This document shows, in pieces, positions 18,731-30,606 of a stretch of 64,000 nucleotides of DNA; positions within the stretch are counted from its first letter, which is position 1; every line of letters starts with the position of its first letter. The stretch lies in assembly GCA_025062375.1 (NCBI GenBank), contig JANXAG010000002.1, positions 2,101-66,100 of the forward strand. Direction: 5' to 3'. The position numbers were made by a program, and so were the translations under genes. Below the pieces are notes generated by a model. That model had not been told where the DNA came from and searched no databases. It saw only the letters and a program-made list of their open reading frames with translations. Origin of the DNA: Anaerolineae bacterium (GTDB lineage: Bacteria > Chloroflexota > Anaerolineae > SpSt-600).

Positions 18731-19912
18731 ATGATTTTTAAGGCACGCCCAGAAGATTTTATAGTGAGGGAAATCCTTAAAGTTATTCCCCAACCTTCTG
18801 GCCCTTACGCTCTTTACCAGCTCACTAAAAAGGGAATTTCCACCCTCCAGGCTCATGCTCGCCTGGCTTCAGCCCTGAAGGTAAGACCATCAGTCATAGT
18901 CTTTCCAGGATTGAAGGACAGAAAGGCCATAGCAAGCCAGTATTTCTCTCTGAAAGGAAAAGGGCCTGATGAGATAGATGGACCTGGATTTAAAGCAAAG
19001 CTGGTGGGCTTTTTCCACCGCCCTCTGAGCCCGGAGGACCTTCAGGCCAATGAGTTCACTTTAACTTTGAGGCTTATAACGCCCAGCGCTGCCAAAGCCT
19101 TAGAAGAGGCCATCTCCGCCGTTCAGAAAGATGGTCTTCCCAATTACTTTGACCGCCAGCGCTTTGCCTCAATGAGTTCTGAAGGAGAATTTCCGGGCAA
19201 GAAAATCCTACAGCGGGATGCTGAGGGTGTGCTTAAATTTTATTTAACGATTCCCACCCCTCTGGACCCTCCCTCGTACAGGGCCTTCAAGGACAAAGCC
19301 GGAAAGCTTTGGGGCCAATGGGAAGAGTTACTAAAGGAAGCCCCCTCTCCCTCTAACTTCCGGAGCGTTCTCACTTACCTTAAAGACCACCCCACAGGTT
19401 TTCGAAAAGCCCTGAATTTAGTTACCCCCAGGATTCTGACCCTTTTCCTTTCTTCTTACCAAAGCTGGCTCTGGAATAAAATGGCGGGAAGGCTGGTCCG
19501 GAGAAAACTTGAGGATAAAAGAGTTCCTTTTTCAGAGCTGGAGATTGCCGGAGAAAAGCTCCCCTTCTATGCGTACCTTCCGAGAGAACTGAAGGAAGAA
19601 CTTGAAGGAATAATCTTACCTTTCTTCCACCACAAGGCGAATTTTAACGGGCCAGAGCTTTCACATCTGGCGCAGGAAATCCTGAAGGAAGAAGGCCTGG
19701 AGTTAAGGGATTTTAAAGCGCGGATCCTCAATAAGGCTTATCTAAGCCGGGGTAAGAGGAAGCTTATCCTTTTACCCAGCATCCTGGCCCACAGCATTGA
19801 AAGCGACGAATTGAATCCAGGTTACATAAAGCTGGGGCTTAAGATGCTTCTCCCTCCTGGTTCTTATGCTACTCTGGTGGTAAAAGCGATAGCCCTCAAG
19901 CTTCCAGGTTAA
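18731..19912 (+). CDS. truD: tRNA pseudouridine(13) synthase
   Basis: Motifs 'K.RPEDFIVRE', 'GLKDRKA...QY', 'PNYFDRQRF', 'YQSWLWN' and 'LPPGSYAT'. Confidence 0.92.
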   Translation: MIFKARPEDFIVREILKVIPQPSGPYALYQLTKKGISTLQAHARLASALKVRPSVIVFPGLKDRKAIASQYFSLKGKGPDEIDGPGFKAKLVGFFHRPLSPEDLQANEFTLTLRLITPSAAKALEEAISAVQKDGLPNYFDRQRFASMSSEGEFPGKKILQRDAEGVLKFYLTIPTPLDPPSYRAFKDKAGKLWGQWEELLKEAPSPSNFRSVLTYLKDHPTGFRKALNLVTPRILTLFLSSYQSWLWNKMAGRLVRRKLEDKRVPFSELEIAGEKLPFYAYLPRELKEELEGIILPFFHHKANFNGPELSHLAQEILKEEGLELRDFKARILNKAYLSRGKRKLILLPSILAHSIESDELNPGYIKLGLKMLLPPGSYATLVVKAIALKLPG

Positions 19913-20421
19913 TACTGAATCAATACATGGATTGGGTATTTGGTGAGCTTTTCCCTGCCTTTGAGGTAAGTCAGGTCAACAAGGAGGGCTATTCCCACCA
20001 CTTCACCTCCAAGCCTTTCCACCAGCTTGGCAGTGGCTTCCAGGGTTCCTCCAGTAGCCAGGACATCGTCAAAGATGAGGACCTTTTGCCCAGGCTTTAT
20101 AGCGTCTTTGTGGATTTCCACGGCATCGGTTCCATATTCCAGGGCATATTCCTGCCTAATAGTCTCAGCGGGAAGCTTGCCGGGTTTCCTGGCGGGAACG
20201 AATCCTGCCCCAAGTTTGTAGGCCAGGGCCCCGCCGAAAATAAAGCCCCGGGCTTCAACGCTTACAACAAGGTCTATGCCTTTGTCCATGAAGGGCTCGG
20301 CCAGCCGATCCACTGCTTCCCGGAATGCTTCGGGAACTTTGAGAAGGGTGGTTATATCCCTGAAGATAACGCCCGGTTTAGGCCAATCCGGGATATTCCG
20401 AATATACTGGGCAAGGTCCAT
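19909..20421 (-). CDS. apt: Adenine phosphoribosyltransferase
   Basis: Motifs 'PDWPKPGVIFRDIT', 'EARGF', 'YALEYG' and 'DDVLATGGT'. Confidence 0.97.
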   Translation of the reverse strand: MDLAQYIRNIPDWPKPGVIFRDITTLLKVPEAFREAVDRLAEPFMDKGIDLVVSVEARGFIFGGALAYKLGAGFVPARKPGKLPAETIRQEYALEYGTDAVEIHKDAIKPGQKVLIFDDVLATGGTLEATAKLVERLGGEVVGIALLVDLTYLKGREKLTKYPIHVLIQY

Positions 20422-20457
20422 TTCCCCCCTCCTGGAGAGATTTTCAAATCAGATTTC

Positions 20458-20486
20458 ATTTTAACAAAGGAGGCCAAAATTGGCAA
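20458..20486 (-). promoter_or_regulatory. Promoter of apt, overlapping the start of the divergent lipoprotein gene
   Basis: Minus strand TTGCCA-17 nt-TAAAAT with extended -10 TG. Confidence 0.6.
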
Positions 20487-21715
20487 CCAAGCTTTTAAAC
20501 TCTTTACACTGGCTTTTAATTTTTACATTGCTCACTGCAGGGTGCCTGCATCAATATACTTTTACTCCAATTCCCACCGCTACCTGCCCACCAACCCCCC
20601 TCCCTTCGCCTTCGCCTGAGGCCACCCCGCCTCAGGAGATAAGCCTCGTGGTATGGCTTCCTGATGAGCTTTTCCTTAAAGGTAAGCCAGGTAGAAAAGC
20701 CCTGGAGGAGGAGATTGAAGCCTTTGAGCGAAACCACCCCCTGGTTGAAGTCAAAGTTTACATTAAAAAGGCCAGAGGTGAAGGCGGAATCCTCGCTCTG
20801 CTCCTGAGCGCCCGTGAAGTGGCTCCCTCAGTTTTGCCCGATCTTGTGGTCCTGGACGCAGCGGAGGCCGCCTGTGTGGACGGAGACTTTTTTCAGCCAT
20901 TGGGGGAAATCCCTGAGAGCCTTTTCCCCTTCGCCAGCTCAGGGTTTATTTACCTGGCCGCTGATTTAGACCATATGGTTTACAACACTGGCGTTGTAAC
21001 CTCGCCTCCTCTTAGCTGGGAGGAGATAAAGCGTGGAGGTGGCCTGCTTCTTCCTCCCTCAGGAGGGATGGTAGCGGCCCAGTATTTCACGATGGGCGGA
21101 CGCTTCCGAAATGAGAGGAGCGAGCTTATTTTGGAAGAAGAAATCCTGGCCAAGGTTCTCAAGCTCTGGAAAGAGAACATGGAGAAGGGGGCAATTCCCA
21201 CTCCCTCCCGTAAGCTTGAAGACCCCGAAGAGATGTGGAAGAAGTATCTTTACGGCAAAGTGGCCATGGTGGGGGTAAGGGCTTCGCTTTTCTTAGCTTC
21301 CAGGGAGAGACTTCACCAAACAGCTTTTGCTCCTCTGCCATCGGCGGCTCCAGTAGCCTGGGGATGGGTGGCAGGGGTTATCTCCAGGGAACACGAGCGG
21401 AAAAAGGCAGCGGAGGCGTTAGTAAAATGGCTCCTTCTTCCCGAGCGGAACCAGCGCTGGACTCTGGCCGCAAACCTTTTGCCTGTGCACCGAGAGGCTT
21501 ACGCTCAGGAGGAAGATGCCTACCTGCTTTTCCTCTCCAGACTGCTGGAATCAGCTTACCCTGCTCCTCCTTCCACGCTGCTAAAACTGCTGGAAGAGGC
21601 CCTCCGGAACGTTCTGGAGGGCAAAGCCACGCCGGAAGAGGCGGCGCATAAAGCAGCTAAGGCAATCCCCCAGCTTTACCCGGACGCTCTGGAGAAGAGG
21701 ACGAAGCGGTGGTGA
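20480..21715 (+). CDS. Extracellular solute-binding lipoprotein (family 1, MalE/UgpB-like), orphan
   Basis: TTG start after AAAGGAGG; lipobox LTAGC; Pro/Thr linker; 'PDLVVL', 'MVYN', C-terminal 'VLEGKATPEEAA'. Confidence 0.75.
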   Translation: MATKLLNSLHWLLIFTLLTAGCLHQYTFTPIPTATCPPTPLPSPSPEATPPQEISLVVWLPDELFLKGKPGRKALEEEIEAFERNHPLVEVKVYIKKARGEGGILALLLSAREVAPSVLPDLVVLDAAEAACVDGDFFQPLGEIPESLFPFASSGFIYLAADLDHMVYNTGVVTSPPLSWEEIKRGGGLLLPPSGGMVAAQYFTMGGRFRNERSELILEEEILAKVLKLWKENMEKGAIPTPSRKLEDPEEMWKKYLYGKVAMVGVRASLFLASRERLHQTAFAPLPSAAPVAWGWVAGVISREHERKKAAEALVKWLLLPERNQRWTLAANLLPVHREAYAQEEDAYLLFLSRLLESAYPAPPSTLLKLLEEALRNVLEGKATPEEAAHKAAKAIPQLYPDALEKRTKRW

Positions 21716-22479
21716 GCCCAGAGAGCTTTCAAGGGGCGAGGCAGGATGGTTTCTAAGAAGGCGTAACGCACAACCCTGGCCTTCAGGGAAGGATCTTTGC
21801 CGGCATAATAATCCAGTATGTTCCAGTTCCACGCCGTGCCCGAGAACCGCTCCCGCAACCTTCGGGATTTTATTCCCAGTCTATCTAAAAGCTTCACTGC
21901 GGGCATGACAGTATCAGGCCAAGGAGGGGTGTCCAGGAAACCTTCCTCTGTAGGGCTGAACCCTTCGCTTTCCACCACTTTTTTCACCTTTTTCATGTCA
22001 ACCCAGCTCTCATCAACCTGTTTGAAGAATTCAGGTTCCAAAAAGCGCTTTCTTAAGATATAGCCAGGCTGGCGGGGATTGGGCATAGCTATAAAGAGGA
22101 TTTTATCCGATACTCTCGCGAGCTCCCGGAGGAAGTTTTCGGCGTCCTTCAAGTACCAGAGGCCAGCCCATTCCCAGACCATGTCAAAAGCTCTATCGGG
22201 GAAGGGTAGAGCTTTCATGCCAGGGCAGCACACCCACTGCGCCCTGAGCCCGAGCTCGCTCCATATCTTTGCCGCTTCCCGGATACGCCCTTCATCTTCA
22301 TCCACCACGGTGACGGAACATCCGGCACGGGCCAGCTCTATGCTATTTATCCCTGTTATGCCCGCCATACCGTAAGCAGGGGCCTCCAGAACCTTCCGGA
22401 TGGGATAGCGCTTAAGCAGGGAAAGCAAATAGTCGTTGAGGACGAATCGTTCGTATACCAGGCCAAGTCCTTCGTTCAT
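21676..22479 (-). CDS. Class I SAM-dependent methyltransferase-like protein
   Basis: 'VLEAP..GM.G', 'VTVVD', 'LPFPDRAFDMVW', 'LRELARVS'. ATG 22479 overlaps the phoU stop. Confidence 0.75.
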   Translation of the reverse strand: MNEGLGLVYERFVLNDYLLSLLKRYPIRKVLEAPAYGMAGITGINSIELARAGCSVTVVDEDEGRIREAAKIWSELGLRAQWVCCPGMKALPFPDRAFDMVWEWAGLWYLKDAENFLRELARVSDKILFIAMPNPRQPGYILRKRFLEPEFFKQVDESWVDMKKVKKVVESEGFSPTEEGFLDTPPWPDTVMPAVKLLDRLGIKSRRLRERFSGTAWNWNILDYYAGKDPSLKARVVRYAFLETILPRPLKALWAHHRFVLFSRASG

Positions 22480-23180
22480 AGTTCGCCTTTTTCCTTCTGG
22501 GCCCAGCGGGTGCCTATGTCTTCCTGTAAGTCCAGCTCTCTCATTTCCCCTGTGACGGTAAATATTACTCTTTCGCAAATGTTGGTAACCCTGTCGGCAG
22601 CTCTTTCCAGGTTGTGGGCAGCCCACAGAAGGTAGTTGGCCTGTTCGAGGTTGGCGGGGTTGGAAATAACATAAGTCATAAGTTCCCGGTAGACTTGGTC
22701 ATAGAGGGCATCCATTTCATCGTCCTCTTTCGGTATAGCCTCGGCTTTTTCCACATCCCTCTGGACAAAGGCTTCCAGAGCCCTGTAGAGCATATCAGCT
22801 GCTTTCTGGGCCATGCGGGGGATATCGATCAAGGGTTTTATGAGGGGCTTATCGCCTATAAGGAGGTTAATTTTGGCAATGCCCTTGGCGTAATCGGCTA
22901 TACGCTCCAGCTCCGTTACTATCTCCAGGATAGCAGCCAGAAAGCGCAAATCGCTGGCCATGGGCTGCTGCGTGGCAATGACTACCAGGGTGTCCGTTTC
23001 TATAGCAAAGCGCTTCTCATTTATAGCTTGGTCCTGAGCTATTAATCGGCGTGAAGCTTCAAAATCCCGCCGCTTAAGGCTATCCACTGCCTCCAGGATG
23101 CTATTTCTCACCATTTCCCCCAAGGTTAATATTTCATTCTGGAGGCGCTCTATCGCACTATCCAGCGTTTCTCTTGGCAT
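22476..23180 (-). CDS. phoU: Phosphate signalling protein PhoU
   Basis: Motifs 'QQPMASDLR', 'ELERIADYA' and 'LERAADRVTNICE'. Confidence 0.96.
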   Translation of the reverse strand: MPRETLDSAIERLQNEILTLGEMVRNSILEAVDSLKRRDFEASRRLIAQDQAINEKRFAIETDTLVVIATQQPMASDLRFLAAILEIVTELERIADYAKGIAKINLLIGDKPLIKPLIDIPRMAQKAADMLYRALEAFVQRDVEKAEAIPKEDDEMDALYDQVYRELMTYVISNPANLEQANYLLWAAHNLERAADRVTNICERVIFTVTGEMRELDLQEDIGTRWAQKEKGEL

Positions 23181-23205
23181 TGCTCACCCTCCTGTTGAAC
23201 GCATA

Positions 23206-24018
23206 TTATCCGAACCTGCCGGTTATGTAATCTTCAGTCCGTTTGTCCTTGGGGTTTGTGAATATATCACGGGTCAGGCCATATTCCACCAGGCGGCCCA
23301 CGTGGTCGTCATCCCACATTATAAAAGCGGTGTAATGCGACACCCTTGCTGCCTGTTGCATGTTGTGAGTTACTATCACGATGGTGTAGTTGCTGGAAAG
23401 TTCCCACAAGAGCTCTTCTATTTTCAGGGTTGCTATGGGGTCCAGAGCCGAAGCTGGTTCATCCAGGAGAAGGACTTCAGAGCCCACCGCCAGGGCTCTG
23501 GCGATGCAGAGTCTCTGTTGCTGTCCTCCGGAGAGGGTGAGGGCATTGGCGTGGAGTTTGTCCTTTACCTCGTCCCAGAGGGCAGCCTGGCGGAGAGCTC
23601 TTTCCACTATTTCGTCTAAATTTTTCTTAATCCCTCGGATTCTAAGCCCCCACGCTACGTTTTCGTAAATGCTTTTAGGGAAAGGGTTGGGTTTCTGGAA
23701 AACCATCCCTATGCGCCGCCGGACTTCGGTCACATCAACATCAGGGGCATAGATATTCTGGCCGTTGAACAGGACTTGTCCCTCAACCCTCGCTCCAGGG
23801 ATGAGGTCATTCATACGGTTGAGGCATCGGATAAGGGTGCTTTTACCGCAGCCCGAAGGCCCGATTATCGCCGTGATGCTGTTCCGTTGAATATCAAGGT
23901 TTATATCCCCTAAAACCAGCCGCTCGCCATACCATACGTTCAAATTCCGGATTTTGATGATAGGGTCATCCGGAACGGGGGGCAGGTTTGAAAGGGTCAA
24001 AGTCCGAGGCTTGATCAT
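23206..24018 (-). CDS. pstB: Phosphate ABC transporter ATPase
   Basis: Motifs 'GPSGCGKST', '[11 protein letters not shown]', '[14 protein letters not shown]' and C-terminal 'YITGRFG'. Confidence 0.97.
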   Translation of the reverse strand: MIKPRTLTLSNLPPVPDDPIIKIRNLNVWYGERLVLGDINLDIQRNSITAIIGPSGCGKSTLIRCLNRMNDLIPGARVEGQVLFNGQNIYAPDVDVTEVRRRIGMVFQKPNPFPKSIYENVAWGLRIRGIKKNLDEIVERALRQAALWDEVKDKLHANALTLSGGQQQRLCIARALAVGSEVLLLDEPASALDPIATLKIEELLWELSSNYTIVIVTHNMQQAARVSHYTAFIMWDDDHVGRLVEYGLTRDIFTNPKDKRTEDYITGRFG

Positions 24019-24029
24019 TTTCCCACCTC

Positions 24030-24893
24030 CTATTCAAAACGAATCTGGAACCGATTGCGCAAGTAAATGGCTGTAGCGTTCATGGTCAGGAGGAGAGCCA
24101 GAAGAACGATGATGGCAGCAGCCGCGTTATCGTGGAAGGCTTTCTGAGGCCTGGAAACCCAGTTGAAAATCTGTATGGGCAGGACGGTAAAAGGGCTATG
24201 GAGAGCTTTGAGAGATGGAGGGGGGAGGAATGCTATGTAGGTCAGAGCTCCTATGGTTATGAGCGGGGCGGTCTCTCCTATAGCCCTGGATAGAGCCAGG
24301 ATTGTTCCGGTGAGTATACCAGGCATCGCTGCAGGAATAACCTGATCCCTTACTACCTGCCACCTGGTGGCGCCCAGGGCGTAACCTGCTTCCCTTATGC
24401 TTCTGGGTACAGAGCGCAGGGCTTCTCTGGATGAGACGATTATGATGGGAAGGACCAGCAAGGATAGAGTAAGTGCGCCGGAAAGAAGGCTCCTACCCCC
24501 GGTTATATCTCGCATCAATCTTACAAAGATCTCAAGGCCCAGGAGGCCATATATTATGGATGGCACGCCGGCCAGGTTAGCTATGTTAACCTCAATGAAA
24601 CGGGTAAAGAAATTATCGGTGGCATATTCCTCCAGATAAACCCCTGCCGCCACCCCTATGGGGAAAGCGAAGAGGGCTACAAGGATCAGGAGCATCGCTG
24701 AGCCTACCAGGGCTGGCAGGATACCTGCTTCCTCCGGCTTGCGGGAGGGGTAGCTTGTTATGAATTTCCAGTTCAAACGGGGAAGGCCATCCACCAGAAC
24801 ATCGACCAAAAGGATGGCGAGCATAATGAGGCCTGCGATGGTGGAAATGAAAGCGACACTTTTGAAAATTCTTTCAACCCATCTTTCTTTCAT
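24030..24893 (-). CDS. pstA: Phosphate ABC transporter permease
   Basis: Motifs '[11 protein letters not shown]', '[13 protein letters not shown]' and 'SRAIGETAP'. Confidence 0.95.
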   Translation of the reverse strand: MKERWVERIFKSVAFISTIAGLIMLAILLVDVLVDGLPRLNWKFITSYPSRKPEEAGILPALVGSAMLLILVALFAFPIGVAAGVYLEEYATDNFFTRFIEVNIANLAGVPSIIYGLLGLEIFVRLMRDITGGRSLLSGALTLSLLVLPIIIVSSREALRSVPRSIREAGYALGATRWQVVRDQVIPAAMPGILTGTILALSRAIGETAPLITIGALTYIAFLPPPSLKALHSPFTVLPIQIFNWVSRPQKAFHDNAAAAIIVLLALLLTMNATAIYLRNRFQIRFE

Positions 24894-25765
24894 AGCTTGA
24901 ACCTCCTCTGACGTGAGGCAAGCCAGTAACTTAGAAGGTTAAAGGTCAAATTCATAAGGAACAGAGTCATGCCCACGGCGAAAATGGTGCGAAACTCCAG
25001 GGAGCCAGTCGGAACGTCCCCCAGACTGACCTGAACGATGTAAGCGGTCATGGTCTCTATAGAAACCAGAGGGTTAAGGGTGAGCCTGGGGGTCTGTCCT
25101 GCCGCTATTGCAACAATCATAGTTTCTCCTAAGGCTCTTGAAACCCCAAGGATGAAGGAAGCCAATATTCCAGAGGAAGCGGTTGGAATCACTACCCCTG
25201 TTACTACCTGACGGGTGGTAGCTCCGAGCGCGTAGGCTCCTTCCCTAAGGGAGCGGGGAACAGCGTAGATGGCATCCTCACTGAGGGAAGCCACCGTCGG
25301 TAATATCATAAAACCCATCACAATGCCGGCGCTCAAGGCGTTGAATCCAGAGATGAAGGGGATTATTTTCTTGAGAAGGGGGGTTACAAAGAGAAGGGCG
25401 AAGTAGCCGTAAACCACGGTAGGGATCCCTGCCAGGATCTCAAGGGAGGGCTTGAGGATCCGACGAACCCTTTCGGGGGCATATTCGCTCATGTAGATGG
25501 CGGCCATCAGCCCCAGCGGGAGCGATACCATCATAGCTATGACGGTGGTGAGAAAAGTCCCGCTAATTAGCACTATTATCCCGAAATGCTTCCGAGCAAA
25601 GAGAGGGGTCCACTGGGTTTCCGTCAGGAAGCGGGTTATGGGCACTTCTTGAAAGAAGGCGAAGCTTTCAAACACGAGGACGGCGATTACTCCAAGAGTG
25701 GTGAAGATGGAAAAAGAGGCACAGAAGGCAAAGATTCCTTCAAGGAATTTTTCTCTGAGCCTCAA
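24890..25765 (-). CDS. pstC: Phosphate ABC transporter permease
   Basis: '[10 protein letters not shown]', '[11 protein letters not shown]', 'SRALGETM'. TTG start 3 nt after the mfd stop, with the RBS inside the end of mfd. Confidence 0.95.
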   Translation of the reverse strand: MRLREKFLEGIFAFCASFSIFTTLGVIAVLVFESFAFFQEVPITRFLTETQWTPLFARKHFGIIVLISGTFLTTVIAMMVSLPLGLMAAIYMSEYAPERVRRILKPSLEILAGIPTVVYGYFALLFVTPLLKKIIPFISGFNALSAGIVMGFMILPTVASLSEDAIYAVPRSLREGAYALGATTRQVVTGVVIPTASSGILASFILGVSRALGETMIVAIAAGQTPRLTLNPLVSIETMTAYIVQVSLGDVPTGSLEFRTIFAVGMTLFLMNLTFNLLSYWLASRQRRFKL

Positions 25766-25768
25766 TTT

Positions 25769-28700
25769 TTACCTCCCGAGCCTTTCCAGGGTCTTCTCCA
25801 AAAGCTTTTGCCATTCATTTCTTTTTCCCATGGGCAACCAGAGAGCTTTGCGGCCAATTCTTACCGGTGGGAAGAAGCGGCCAGGCCCACGGGAGACCAG
25901 GTCTCCAAGGCGCCTGCGCATCTCAGCCTCGTTGATGGTTCCATTAAGCCTGATGGCTATCTGGCCCTCTTCCACCCCTATGGACCTGACGCCAGCTTTG
26001 AGGGCGAGGACTTTTACCCTGAGCTGATATAAGAGGTAACGGACAGCCACCGGCAGCGGGCCGAAACGATCCTCCAACTCAGCTCTCATTTCTTCAATCT
26101 GCTCTAAAGTTTGAAGCTGAGCCATCCTCCTGTAAAGCTGAAGCCTGAGGAAAGGGTCCGGGACATAATCCTCGGGTATGTAGGAGGGCAGAGGCAGGTC
26201 AATGTTAACATCGGGGAGGGCTAAAAGGGAGGATTTTGCGGCTTCTTCTCCCTCCCTCAGCTCTTGGACAGCCCTGGCCAGAAGGCGGCAGTAAAGGTCA
26301 AAGCCTATAGCAGCGATGTGACCATGCTGACGGGGACCAAGGATCTCGCCTGCCCCTCTTATCTCCAGGTCCTTGAGGGCGATGCGTAAGCCGGCTCCCA
26401 GTTCGCCCGCTTCCATTATCGCCTCTAGGCGTTGCCGGGCGCTCTCTGAGAGAGGAGCCTCAGGATCATAGAGAAAGTAGGCATACGCCCTTACCGAACC
26501 TCTACCCACTCTTCCCCTGAGCTGGTAAAGTTGCGCAAGTCCGAAAGTGTCGGCTTTGTTCACGACGATGGTGTTGGCGTTGGGAATGTCCAGACCGCTT
26601 TCTATTATAGAAGTGCAAACCAGGATGTCAATTTTACCGGAGGCAAAATCCAGCATCACTCTGGCCAGCTTTTCCTCAGGAAGCTGACCATGAGCTATCT
26701 CTATCCGGGCATGGGGCACAAGTTTTTCACCTTTGCGGCTACTTCTTTTATATCCTGCACCCGGTTGTGGACGAAGAAAACCTGCCCTCCGCGGTTCAAT
26801 TCCCGAAGGATTGCCTGCCGCACCATGGTTTCATCGTATGGGCCTACATAGACTTTCACCGGAAGCCTCTCTTCCGGGGGGGTTTCTATGGTGCTCATAT
26901 CCCTCAGCCCTGATAGGGACATGTAAAGGGTGCGAGGTATGGGGGTAGCCGTGAGGGTAAGGACGTCCACCTGGGTTCTGAGCTTTTTGAAGTGCTCTTT
27001 GTGGACCACTCCAAAGCGCTGTTCTTCGTCTATAATGACCAGGCCCAGGTCCTTAAAGACCACGTCTTTCTGGAGCAGCCTGTGGGTTCCAATTATTATG
27101 TCAATGGCCCCCTGCTTGAGCTTTTCCAGGATTTCTTTCTGTTCTGAAGGGGAACGGAGGCGCGAGAGCATTTCTACCACAACGGGGAAAGGTTTCAGCC
27201 GCTCCTTGAAAGTTTCATAGTGCTGCTGGGCAAGGACGGTAGTGGGAACCAGAACCGCCACCTGCTTTCCATCCATGACGGCTTTGAAGGCAGCTCTCAG
27301 GGCTACTTCGGTCTTGCCGTAGCCTGCATCACCGCATATTAGCCTGTCCATGGGGCGAGGTTGTTCCATATCGCGCTTGACTTCTTCCACGGCCTTTAGC
27401 TGGTCGGGAGTTTCCTCATATGGGAAAGAGGCTTCCAGTTCAGCCTGCCAGGGGCTATCGGGGGAGAAGGCATGGCCAGTGACAACTTCTCTGGCGGTAT
27501 AGAGCTGAAGGAGTTCATGGGCGATCTCGCTTATAGCCCTTCGGGCCCTCTCTTTGGCGTATTCCCAATCAGCCGTGCCGAGGCGGTGCAGTGCCGGGGG
27601 CTCATCGCTTATGCTCACATAACGGCTGAGCTTGTCGGCTTGGTGGACTGGGACGTAGAGCCTGTCGCCGGCAGCGTACTCTATTTCCAGGTATTCTCTT
27701 TCCACTCCGTGGAGGGTAAGGTGCGTCAACCCCCGGAAAATGCCTATTCCGTGGTCAATGTGCACAACATAATCCCCAGGCTTTATATCCCCAAAGAAAG
27801 TTTCAGGGGCAGGCCGGTGAACTTTGATGGGACGCCTCGGGGCCGGTCTCGTCCATCCGAAAATTTCTGCATCCGTCAGAAGGACAGTGTGAGTTCCATC
27901 GGACTGGAGTATCCATCCTTCCGAGAGGATTCCCCTCACCAGGGTGATGGTTGAAGGCATGGGTGGGGTTTCCACTCCAGTGGCAGGCTCAGCCATTTTC
28001 CCTTTATTGGCCAGGATTTCAGCCAGCCGGTGGGCCTGACGCGTCACTATAACCACCCGGCTTCCGGCCCTTTCCATAGCTATGCTTTCGTCCAGAAGTC
28101 TCTCCAGTTGTCCAGCGTAAAGGGGAGCGTAGAGGAAGGCTCTGGCGATGGGGGTTTCTTCCTCGCTTCGGGTGATGATAAGGTTGGCCCGCCTTATCAC
28201 TTTCTCCTTTAATTTTTCACCGGGAAAATACGGGGAGGGCAATCCCTGAGGTATCTCGCCAGCCCTTATCAGTTCCTTTTCCACCTCGCTTGCCTGAAAG
28301 ACAAGGCTGTGGATGGCCGCTTCCAGCTCGGGAAGTTCTTCCGTTATGAGCAGGGCCTCCTGAGGCAGGAAATCAAAGAAGGAACCAGGTTCCGGATAAA
28401 GGAAGGGGATGTAGAACTCTATACCCCGGAAGGATTTCCCATGGCGGAGGTTTTCCATATCTTCCCGGAAGCGGTTCTGGGCCAAGGGGTGGCAGGAAGA
28501 AAAGTTTAGGGAGGAGAAAGCCTCTGCCGCTTGTGGGCCGAAGCCAGGCAATGCCTCGGAAGCGGGGGTAAGGGCGAAGCTTTCCACCTGGCCCGAAGAC
28601 CGCTGAGTTCCAGGGTCAAAGAGGCGTATGGTTTCGATTTCATCCCCGAAGTATTCTATTCGGACCGGGAGCTGCGAAGGCGGTGGGTAAATATCCAGGA

Positions 28701-29286
28701 TTCCACCCCTGTAGCCGAAAGTGCCGGGTTCATCCACAACCGTTTCGTGGCGGTAGCCAAGCTCTTCTAGGAGCCGCAGAAGTTTCTGAAGGGGGTATAC
28801 CTGTCCCACTCTTAAAGGGCGCGTTCTTGCGAGGAACTCCTTAAGGGGGATGGTCTTGTAAAGTAGGGAACGGATTGAAGCTATGATCAGAGGGGGGTTG
28901 AAGGGCAAGGAATTCCGGTATGGGGTGAGGTGAAGGGCGAGCCTGAAGAGAACCTCAACCCTTTGAGCAATGGTTTCCTTTCCCCAGGGTTCTCGCTCAT
29001 AGGGGAGTGCATCGGGCTCTTTAAACAGAAGGATTTCTTCCGGGGATTCTGCCCAGCTGCGGAGTTCTCCATAGTAGCGACGGGCCTTTTCCACCGAGGA
29101 AACCACCAGGACTATGGGGCGTTTGAGGTCTTTAAGAAGGGCCGCCAATACAAAAGGCCTGGCTGGTTCTGCCAGGTCTAAGGGGAAAGGTTTCCCTCTT
29201 TCCTCCCCAAGCTTTTCCACCAGCCATCTGTAAGCATGATGTTCCCGGAGGATGGGGAGAAGCCCTTTGAGGGTTAAAGCTTCCAT
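25769..29286 (-). pseudogene. mfd: Transcription-repair coupling factor Mfd, split into two ORFs (29286-26701 and 26719-25769) by a single-base frameshift at ~26725; real lesion or sequencing error
   Basis: The N-terminal ORF has the UvrB-like, RID ('GDYVVHIDHGIG'), Walker A ('GDAGYGKT') and DEEQ motifs. The second ORF continues 'VPHARIEIAHG...LYQLRGRVGR...DLEIRGAG' and the TRCF domain. One extra A in GTG AAAAA CTT restores the frame. Confidence 0.9.
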
Positions 29287-29301
29287 AGCAAAGCCTTACG
29301 C

Positions 29302-30606
29302 TCACCGCTCCTGGGATTTCCTAACTATAAGCCTTATACCATCTCTTTTCACTACTTCTATGCTTTCGCCCTTCAATATAGGAGGCTCCATTGCCTCAGC
29401 TGTCCATTCCTCGCTCTTTACCAGCACGGTCCCCATAGGGTTAAGGTCGGAAGTAGCCCACCCCTTTGCCCCTATAACTGTATCAAGGCCGGTGAGGGCT
29501 TTCCTGCGTTGTGCTCTCCACACGGCGGAAAGGGCGAAAAGGAAAAAGGCCAAAAAGCCAGTAGTCATCAGAGCTATGAGCCACCAGGATACCCTGACAG
29601 AAGGCATCGCCGGGGAAACCGTGGGCCATGGGCTGAAAAGCATGAGGGAACCCAGGACAAAGGCGATTGCTCCGCCAATACTTAAGGCAAATCCCGTCAC
29701 TTTAAGGTCCACAAGGAAAAGGATTATGGCCAGGATTATGAGGGCGATTCCTCCCCAGTTAACCGGAAGGCTCCCCAGGGCGACAAAGGCCAGTATGAGA
29801 CAGATTATCCCTGTAATCCCGGGGATGAAAGTTCCGGGGTTGTAGAATTCAGCCATCAGAGCCAGAATCCCCAGGGATAAAAGGATGTAAGCCACGTCCG
29901 GATTGACAAGGGAGTGGAGTAAATCGTCGGTCCAGCTCATCCTCACTCTTTCTATAGGAGCTCCTGCAGTAGCGATGGAAACTTCCCTATCTTTAACCTT
30001 TACCTTTCTCCCGTCTATGAGGCGGAGGAGCTCTGGCAGGTCTGCGGCGATTAAATCAACCACCTTTTTCTCCAGGGCCTCCTGTGCCGTTAAGGAGGCG
30101 CTTTCTCTGACGGCTTGTTCAGCCCATTCGGCGTTGCGGCCTCTTTCCTGAGCTATAGCCCTTATGTAGGCGGCAGCATCCTGAGTTATTTTGGTTTCCA
30201 GAGTTCCTGTCAAAGGCTCCATTAAACCTACTGGATGGGCTGCCCCTATATTGGTTCCCGGCGCCATTGCTGCTACGTGGGCAGCCATAGTTATGAAGAG
30301 CCCGGCCGAAGCCGCTCTGGCTCCCGGTGGAGAAACGTAAACCACCACCGGTACTTCTGAGTTCATTATGGTTTGCACGATTTCCCTCATGGCGGTATCG
30401 GTGCCGCCAGGGGTATCCAGTTCTATGATAAGGCAATTAGCTCCTTCTCTTGTGGCTGCCTCCACCGCCTGCCGAACGTAACGGGCCACAAAGGGGTCAA
30501 TTATCCCCTTTACATTAGCTACGTAAACCTTCTGGCCTGCCGCTTCAACTGGTACCAGGCTCAGAAGGGCCAGTATCAGGGCCAGAATAAGAAGCCTTGC
30601 TTTCAT
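29302..30606 (-). CDS. nfeD: NfeD-family membrane-bound serine protease (long form)
   Basis: Signal peptide, 'LDTPGG', 'RAASAG', 'NIGAAHPV', TM block and C-terminal OB fold 'GTVLV.SEEW.A'. ATG 30606 lies inside the 3' end of lon. Confidence 0.9.
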   Translation of the reverse strand: MKARLLILALILALLSLVPVEAAGQKVYVANVKGIIDPFVARYVRQAVEAATREGANCLIIELDTPGGTDTAMREIVQTIMNSEVPVVVYVSPPGARAASAGLFITMAAHVAAMAPGTNIGAAHPVGLMEPLTGTLETKITQDAAAYIRAIAQERGRNAEWAEQAVRESASLTAQEALEKKVVDLIAADLPELLRLIDGRKVKVKDREVSIATAGAPIERVRMSWTDDLLHSLVNPDVAYILLSLGILALMAEFYNPGTFIPGITGIICLILAFVALGSLPVNWGGIALIILAIILFLVDLKVTGFALSIGGAIAFVLGSLMLFSPWPTVSPAMPSVRVSWWLIALMTTGFLAFFLFALSAVWRAQRRKALTGLDTVIGAKGWATSDLNPMGTVLVKSEEWTAEAMEPPILKGESIEVVKRDGIRLIVRKSQER

